Shown here: in pieces, positions 50,272 to 59,800 of the stretch
Numbering within the stretch: the stretch's first letter is position 1
Layout of the letters: each line of letters begins with the position of its first letter
Assembly (NCBI GenBank): GCA_046297095.1
Contig: JBKCNS010000022.1
Location: 153,175-217,174 of the forward strand
Length of the DNA: 64,000 nucleotides
DNA from: Candidatus Kapaibacterium sp.
Lineage (GTDB): Bacteria; Bacteroidota; Ignavibacteria; Kapaibacteriales; NICIL-2
Direction: 5' to 3'
Position numbers and translations under genes: made by a program
Notes under the pieces: model-generated
What the model saw: only the letters and a program-made list of their open reading frames with translations
The model's database searches: none
What the model was told of the DNA's origin: nothing

Positions 50272-50866
50272 GATCAGGATTGAATTGCTAGTAGTGAAAA
50301 ACGGCGTTTTGCCACGCCGTCTTGACGTATTCATTGAAAAAATGGTGTATTCGTACTTCCAAATATACGATTCCCCGGAGCGGAGGCGGCTTTCGCGGGT
50401 GGCAACCGGGCGTTGAGGGCGGCGTTTGTTTACCGGCGTTTGGAGTGTGCTGAGGCAAACGTAGGCCCGAGCTCTACTGCGAGTCCAATCTAATATGCCT
50501 TTCTGAGGTGGTCCTTCGCGTCAGGGATGGAGCGAACACCATTGAAGAACGTGTTTGTCAATTCTGCGCTTTGTTTGATTATGAACTCTGTGTATTTTGA
50601 CCTCAGCATACACACCCGCTATACGCCCGAGGGGAAACTTGGCCATAGCATGGGTTAGGGGAGAGAGTCATTTCATAGTCGGAATCAGGATCATCAGCGA
50701 ATGTACAAGGACGTTACACGGCATCGTGCTGTGTGCTGACGCATTTGTGCGTTGGAGTTGTGTACATGATCGACGCGGAACCGCGCGTTCTTGTCTGATG
50801 CTTACGATTGCCGAACTATGAACCTAAATGAAAATCTACTTTTTTTAACATCATTATTGTTTCATT

Positions 50867-53800
50867 ATGAAGCACTCAATCTCAGTGGGTTCTTTTATCC
50901 TGGCGATGTTTGTACTCGTCTCGATTGGCCAAGCACAGAGCTTGTCGAGTTATGTTTTCTCCTCCACGTCTTCCACGTATACGACTATTATAGGTCAAGG
51001 TGGAACCACATTGGTTTTCGACCCCGGAGTTAACTCCGACGATGATGACGGTTATTATACAGGCATACCCATCGGATTTAATTTCAGCTATTTGGGAAAT
51101 TCCTACTCTACCATGGCTTCGTGTGCCAACGGATTTGCCATGCTTGGCGGTACGAATGTGAGCGGCAGTTCTTGGGTGCCCGATCTTTCCGGTAGTTCCG
51201 GGTCGTCCGGACGTCCGGTGCTCGCGCCATTTTGGTCGGACATGCAATTGATTAGTGGAACAGGAGGATCGTCCCTAGGGTATCGTACCGATGGATCTGC
51301 CCCTAACCGTGTCTTTACGCTGGAGTGGAATAAACTTGAATGGACCTACACCTCAGCAGTATTGTCTGTATCGTTTCAGATAAAGCTGTACGAGGCATCG
51401 GGAGCAGTCGAGTACTTGTACAATCAGGAAGCCACACAAACATCTACTCAATCAGTTGGCATCGGTATAACATCCGCCGGTACCGGCGCAGGTTCATACT
51501 GGGCAATTCAGGACAACAACTTTAATACAGTAAGCGGAACGGCAACGGGAAGTGTTTCAGCTCGCCCCGCCTCCGGTACTCGTTTGTCGTGGGTGCCTAT
51601 TTCCACTGCACTTTCTACTCCTACAGCATTTAATGCAACAAACGTTACATCGAGCAGTATGACTGTTTCATGGACAAACAATGCTGCATCAGCATATGCA
51701 GCGGGAGTGTTTATCTCAACGGACAACAACACGTTTACCTACCGCGGATTTACTCCGATGAGCGGCACCGGTACCTACTCCATGAATATGTCGGGATTGA
51801 CCGGAAACACATTGTACTACTACAGAATTTATGCGCTATCCTCCGAGGGTACAAGCGCAGCACTCACCGGTTCGCAGTCCACTGCTTCAGGTACATTGTC
51901 CGGAGTGCGCCAGATCCCTTCCTCCTCGTATCCTACAATCAAGAGTGCTATCGACAGCTTGAACGCATACGGCTTGGCGGGTGCACTTACATTCGAGTTG
52001 CTCTCGAGTTACACAAGCACTGCCGAGACCTATCCGTTGGTTATTGGCTCTATAGCTGGATCGTCTGCAAACAATGTAGTGACCTTCCGTCCGGCATCCG
52101 ACGTTTCGTCGGTGTTGAATATTACCGGATCAAACTCGACGGCACTCATTCAGTTCAATGGTGCAAAGTATGTTCGTATTGATGGTCGTCCGGGTGGAAC
52201 GGGCACCACCAGCGTGTTGAATATTGAAAACACATTGGTGGGCACATCAGCAACCATTCGATTCACCAACGATGCTTCTTACGATACCGTGCGGTATTGT
52301 ACCATTAGAAGTGCGAACTCATCCACAACCACGTCGGGTACTATCTTTTTTGGTTCGCCAACAGTGAACGGAAACAGTTACAATTCCATTGCGAATTGTA
52401 CTATTCGTGAGCTCACAAGCGGTTCAACTCCTTCTTGTGCCGTATACATCTCGGGTAGTTCATCCGCTGTTTCAACAAACAACAGTTTGCTGAATAACAA
52501 CATTGCAAACTTCGCGGGTACATCCACCGTGTACGCTATATACAGCTCTAGCTCGTACACCAACAACTGGACGATTTCGGGCAACAGCTTTTACCAAACG
52601 GCTGCGCGTACATACTCGAGTACCTTCGCTTGTATTTATATGTCCGAAACCGGCGGCGTGTCGGGCCTTGGAAATGCCATCAACAACAACTTCATTGGTG
52701 GTACAGGCCCCGGTTGCAGCGGATCGGCATGGAGCTCCACTCATTCCAGCACATGGTATGCAATTTTTTCGCCAGGATCGTCCTCCAGTAATGGCAGTAG
52801 AACATTCAACGGAAATACGATCACGAATATGAACGTGACTACCAGTAGTACAACGTTCTATCCTATCTATGTATACAACACCAACCTCACGATAAATAAC
52901 AATACCATTGGCAGCTCAAGTGCCACCGGTGCGATAAATCTTACATACACAGGAACCGGTACGGTTACCGTGTATGCCATTTACGCGTATCCGGCGTCGA
53001 GCTTGAATCAGAATGTGAATGTAAACAACAATGTGATCGGTGGTATCAACTGTTCCAGCACCTCTACGGGAGGTTTTGGATTTAATGGGGTTTGGATTGG
53101 CTCTACCATTGGAGGATCTACGTCGACCGTCTCCAACAATCTTATTGGAAGTACATCCGTAGCAAACTCAATCACTCTTCCGAGCACTTCCGGTGCAGCA
53201 TCTCTTTTCCGGGGCATTTATGCAGCATCAAGCACCGGCGCGTTTGCGCTTACAGTGGACAACAACACAATTGCGAACGTAAGGAACAACAGTACCTTTA
53301 CCACTTCTGGTGGTGCGTTTATGTTCGGTTTTTTTGGCGCAAGTGGTATCCACTACGTGACAAACAACAATATTTACAACCTGACGAGCGCAAACAACAA
53401 CCCAAGTTCCACCAACACCTCGATGTGTATAGTGGGCGTAAACGAGGCATCGTCGACGTCTCCTTCCGGGTTGAACGGTCACATTATCAGTGGTAACAAA
53501 ATATACGGGCTCTTTAACGCTAACGCAGCAGCGTCCTCCAATTGGTTGGTTGGTATGAATGTGGCGGGTGCCAGTGCCAGCACGCGCGTGCTGATTGAGA
53601 ATAATTTCGTTCACAGCTTCGCATACCAGAGCACTAATTCAAACATCATGGTTGGTGTTCTTACGTACACAATACCTGCGTTTGTTGTCAACAACAATGT
53701 GCGTTTCGGAATTGATGCATCAGGATCCTCCGTCACGAATCCTGTCAGCATGTACGGTATCTACAAAAACGGAACATTGCCCACCACCATCGCCTATAAC

Positions 53801-56800
53801 AGTATTTACATTGGTGGCTCGAATGTTACTGGAACCGGCAGCACATTCTGCTTATGGCGTAATGGTTTACCGGCCTCAGGTTCGGATAATATTCGCAACA
53901 ACATCATGCACAATGCGCGCACAAATGGAAGCGGCACTGGTGGTCATGTGTGTGTTCTGATCGGCAATACATCAGCAACAACGAACGCAGTTGCAGCATC
54001 GAATCTGGTGTTGAACAATAATCTCTACTATCACTCCGGTGCAGGAGGTATTGTCGGAGCAATACAATTGAGTGCCGGAATTACAGGGTACACGAGCATG
54101 CAGGCGTGGAGCGGCGTTTCCTCTCACGATGGAGCATCCGGATACGCATCACCGAATTTCGTTTATCCTATAGGTACCAGCGCAAATGTGAATTTGCATA
54201 TCAACGGAACTACCGCCGCTCGTGGTGGTGGTGTGCCTATTTCGGGAGTGACTACAGATTACGACGGAGATTCACGTCCATCGGTGTTTACCGATATTGG
54301 TTCAGACCAATGTTCAAGCTGTAACGCCAACGACATTTTCCCGCCGACGATTGCATATACAGCGTTGCCCAATGGTATCACGGAAGCCACACGGTCCGTA
54401 TCGGGTATCAGCGTTGTGGACTATTCCGGCGTAAATGTCAACTCCGGCAGCCGCCCCCGTGTGTACTACAAGAAGTCCACCGATCAAAATCAGTTTGTAG
54501 GTAACACCAGCACCGATAATGGTTGGAAGTGGGTAGAGGCAACGAACACCGCTTCGCCATTCACGTTCACGGTAAACTATGGTCTGTTGCAGTCCGGAGT
54601 GAGCGTAGGCGATACCATACAGTACTTTGTCGTAGCGGAAGATGTTATTGCTACTCCCAATGTGGGTGTTAATGCATGTGCGTTCACCACATACCCATCT
54701 ACCGTGAACCTCACCAATGCTGCATTCCCGGCCGGAAACTTTAGATCGTATGTGATTAGCAGTACCATCAGCGGAACGGTGAACGTGGGCCCCGCAGAGA
54801 CAATTACGTCACTTACTAATGCAGGTGGTCTGTTTGATGTAATTAATCAGCGCGTGGTGACAGGAAATATCAACGTGGTCATTACAGGAAACCTTACAGC
54901 GGAAAGCGGTACGGTTGCCCTCAATCAAACCGCTGAGTACGGCAGTGGTAATTATTCAATTACTATTCGTCCTTCTGCCGGAGCTCCGGATACGGTTAGC
55001 GGTTCGTATGCCGGCGGATTGATTCGTTTGAATGGCGCCGATAGAGTTGTCATCGATGGTCGTCCGGACGCATCGAGCACCGCTCGCATGTTGACGTTTA
55101 TCAACACGGCAACGTCCGGTAGTGTTGCAACCATTCAGCTTATTAGTCAGGGAACCGGTTTCGGTTGCGTGAGTGATACAGTGCGCTATTGCAATATCAG
55201 AAGTGGTTCTCGTTCAAATTCTAGCTCATATCTGCTGGTATCAGGTGGAACCACCATTAATTCGGCGGGAGATGACAACGACAAGCTTGCCGTCATGAAT
55301 AACCATTTCGCCTCGGCGTATTATGGTGTGAGAATACTGGGAAGCGGTGCGGGAGCACACGATAGCATTAATGTATCCGGAAATCAGTTCAGTTGGCCCG
55401 GTTCGGCAACACCGGTTGCAGATACCCTGTCTCATTCATCGTTGTTTGTTTCTAACGCATATGTTGCTTCTGTTCGTAACAACACGTTCCGCGACATTTC
55501 CCATCTTGCCAGCACCGTGCCGGTTGTGAGTTTTGATAACAGCCAATTCGTGAATTTCGAAGCTAATGTATTGGATAACGTAGGGGGCTTTTCGTCTTCG
55601 GGTTACAATGTCATTGGAATTACCATTGGAAGCAATGTTCGCAACTCGATGTTCGTGCGAAATACAATTAATAACTTATGCTACAGGAGTACTGGCAACT
55701 GGTATGCCTATGCAATCAACGTAAACACCGGTGTTCAAACATCCAATGTGGTGATTGCGAACAATGTCATCTCGACCATAGCTCATGATTACGGAACATC
55801 CACGACGTTCGTCACGAACGGTTTGCGTATTACCTCTACGGGTGGTATAAAGATTTATAACAATTCGTTCCTGTTGCGCGGACCGTACTTCAACATGAGT
55901 TCTACTGCGCAAAGCTATTGTGTGATGATTCTCACGGGTTGCTCTAACCTGGAGCTCGTCAATAACATCTTTTCGAACAGAATGTACGGCTTCTCAGGCT
56001 CGAAGTCGTACGCATTGTATCTGGGAGCCACCGGTCAACTGGCGGCTAACGATTACAATATCTATGATGTAACTCTTGGTACAACCCAAGGAGTGATTGC
56101 AAGCCTTGCAGGTACCGATATAACATCGTTGGCAGCCTTGAGAACCTCAATTGGCGGTGAAGCCAACTCGATGGCAGTCCCCGTGATGTACAAGGACAGC
56201 TCTGCCACTGCGGATCTGCACTTAACAATGCAGGAGCCCACGCTTCGTGGTTCGTCCGCGGTCAGCTCCACCATCAACACCGATTTTGATGGTTATACGC
56301 GTACACGCTATCTAATAGGTGCCGACGAAGTAACGCCGGTTATGAACATTTCTCAACAACCCTCGTCAACATCGAAGTGCGAGGGCGAGTCCTTTACGCT
56401 TACCGCCGCGCTGACTACTCCGGTGGCCTTCGACGACGGCGTAGCGAGAAGTTCAACCATCAGTTACCAATGGTACAAGGGATCCAGTGCTATAGCAGGT
56501 GCTACGGATGCGTCTTATACGGTTTCGTCATCAACAACAGCTAATGCAGGTAGCTACACGGTACGCATATTCTCGTCGACAATAGACTCGGTGGTAAGTA
56601 ACGCCGCTGTTGTGACAATTAATACGCTGCCCAATATCACACAACAGCCGTCGGATGTGTCTCGCTGTCTTGGCACCTTGACCACCTTGTCCGGCGCGGC
56701 TACCGGTACAGGCATTACGTATCAATGGCAAAAGCAGAACGGTGCAAGTTGGTCCGATGTTTCCGGTGCTACCGGTTCAACGTTCACAATACCCTCGATG

Positions 56801-59800
56801 ACTGCCGGTGATTACGGCAGCTACAGATTTGTCGTGACCGGTACCTGTGCACCCGCTGCAACGTCGAACACCGCTACCATCACCCAATTGACCTCAACAT
56901 CGATTAGCGCTCAGCCTTCAGCCACTCCGTCAAGTGTGTGCTTGGGCGGAAGCTTTACGTTGTCCGTAACAGCGACTGCATCGAACATTGGCTATCAATG
57001 GAGAAGAAACGGTGTATCGATTTCCGGAGCAACGAACGCGACCTTTACCGTAACCAATGCACAACTCAGCGACTTCGCTACATATAGTGTGGCGGTATCG
57101 GGCGATTGCGGCGTGATAGTTTCGAGTAACGTTGCTGTAACTCAAGTGGCTGCCACCGCAATTACTTCGCAGCCGTCGAGCACCACGCCTCAAGTATGTC
57201 TGGGTGCTCCGTTTACAGTTACTGTCAGTGCTACCGGTGCATCGCTTGGCTATCAGTGGCAGCGTAACGGAACAGCTATCACCGGTGCCACAAACGCGTC
57301 GTTCACAGTTGCTGCGGCAACGTTGGCAGACTTCGCTTCCTATACGGTATCGGTAACGGGAACTTGCGGTACGGTGAATTCTCAAGCAGTAACCATCGTT
57401 CAGATTCCTTCCACCGTAATCACTGCTCAGCCTGCGTCAACAAACACATTGTGTTCCGGTTCTACACTCACTCTCAGTGTGGTAGCAACGGGTGCTAATC
57501 TTTCGTATCAATGGCAAAAACAATCGGGCGCCAGCTTTAACGCTATTTCCGGTGCCACCGGATCTTCCCTTACCATTGGATCGATCGTTCCGTCGGATGC
57601 CGGCACGTATCGTGTTGTAGTGACAGGAACTTGCGGCGCGGTGAATTCGTCGAATTCGGTGTTGGTTGTCACCACACCTGTTTCAATTACTTCGCAGCCG
57701 TCATGGTCGTTCCCGAATGCATGTACGGGTGAGTCGACAACAATTAGCATGTCTGCCTCGGGAACTATTACCTCATATCAATGGCAAAAGTTCGATGGTT
57801 CCTCGTGGCAGAATCTGAGCGGGGCTACCTCTAACTCCTATACCATAGCATCATTGACTATGGCTGATGCAGGCGGTTATCGCATTCAGATTGAAGGACC
57901 CTGCAGCCCTACCACGGTTTCCAATCAGGCAACGTTGACTGTTCAACAAAATGTTCAGATCAATGCTCAGCCCGGTCCTCAAACAGCATGTGTGGGCTCA
58001 TCGATCAGTTACTCGGTAACCACCATAGGTACGGTTGTAGGTTATCAGTGGGAGCAAGACAGACTGCGTAACGGATCATGGACTACCATTCCGGGAGCAA
58101 CAAGCGCTACGTACACCAAATCCGGTGTAACAGCCGCCGATTCAGGTTTGTACCGCGTGAAGGTTACCGGTAACTGTAGCGCCATTCCTGTGGTGTCGAG
58201 CAGCGCCTCTGCAACTATTCAGAGTATCTACAACATTACATCTCAGCCTTCGTGGCCTGCCACACCAACAAACGTAGGCACGGTGGTATCTATGTCCGTA
58301 GGGTTTACGGGTTCGGCAAACTTCCAGTGGCAGCGCGATCAACAACGCTCGGGTAACTGGGTGAATGTAGGTACCAACGCATCCGTGTACTCATTTACCA
58401 TTACATCAGTGGCAGACTCCGGTAACTATCGTTGTGTAGTATCCGGACCGTGCGGAGCGGTTACGCAAAACACAAACATTGTTGCTGTATATACTTGTCA
58501 ACCACCGGTCGTTACCAATCAACCGGCCACTCCTCAACCTGTTTGCGCAGGCGGTGCATTTTCATTGAGTGTTGCCGTGAACTCCAACGGTCAGGCCGTA
58601 ACATATCAGTGGCAGTTGGATGCCACACGTACCGGCAGCTACACCAATATCCCCGGTGCAACCAATGCATCGTATATCAAGACCAATGTTCAAACAAGCG
58701 ACGACGGTATGTATCGCGTACAGGTAACAAGCGCTTGTGCCGTTACACCCGTTTACAGCAATGCTGTATCATTTGTCGTTCTCTCGGCAAATCTTGTGCT
58801 TAGCCATCCTAGTTCTGCTACCGTGTGCGGTGGCTCGAATGTAACGATGAGTGTTTCTGCAGGTGGAGCCAGCCCGTCGTATCAGTGGTTCTACAACGGA
58901 GCTCCGATGAATGTGGGACAAAACCCCACGGCTCAAACGGCTAATCTCCAGTTGACCAACGTAACACCCGGCATGGCCGGTTCCTATCGTTGCTTTGTTA
59001 CCGGTCCTTGTTCACCGAACGGTGTGTTCTCCAACATTGCAACACTTACCGTTAATACACCGGTTATGCAGTTGCAGCCGCAATCACAAACCGGTTGCGT
59101 GGGTACTCCTGTTACTTTCAACGTTCAGGTGTTAGGATCGGGTCTTGCTTATCAGTGGCGCAAGAACAGCGTTGCAATTGCCGGAGCAACCGATGCTTCG
59201 TATACCATTGCAAGCCCGGTTGTAGCAGATGCCGGAACGTACAGCGTTGTTGCGTCGAATACATGCGGCACGGTGACCTCAGCTAATGCAGTGCTTACGA
59301 TGACAGTTCCTGCGGCCTTCACTTCGCAGCCTTCATCGCAGAGTATCTGCCGCGGATCTAATCTTACATTGTCGGTGGGTATTAATTCCGATGCAACCAC
59401 GCCTACCTATCAATGGAGGCTCAATGGCAGTAACCTGCCGTTGTCCGCATACCCCAGCGCCAATACTCCGGTGTTGACGATCAATAACATCCAAGCAACA
59501 GAGGCAGGAAGCTACACATGTAGCGTAGTTACACCTTGTCAGCCTTTAGGCACGGTGTCGGCCGCTGCGGTAGTGACGGTAAATCCGAACACATCCATTT
59601 CACAACAACCGAGCGGAACAACGGTCTGCGAAGGCAACCCGGTAACATTTGTTGTCGGAGCAGGCGGAGTTTCTTTGGGTTATCAGTGGCTCAAGGATGG
59701 CTCGCCTATAGCCGGAGCTACAAACAGCATCTATATTATCACGAACACAGTAGGCATTGATAACGGTAATTACTCGGCGGTTGTAAGCGGCACATGTGCT

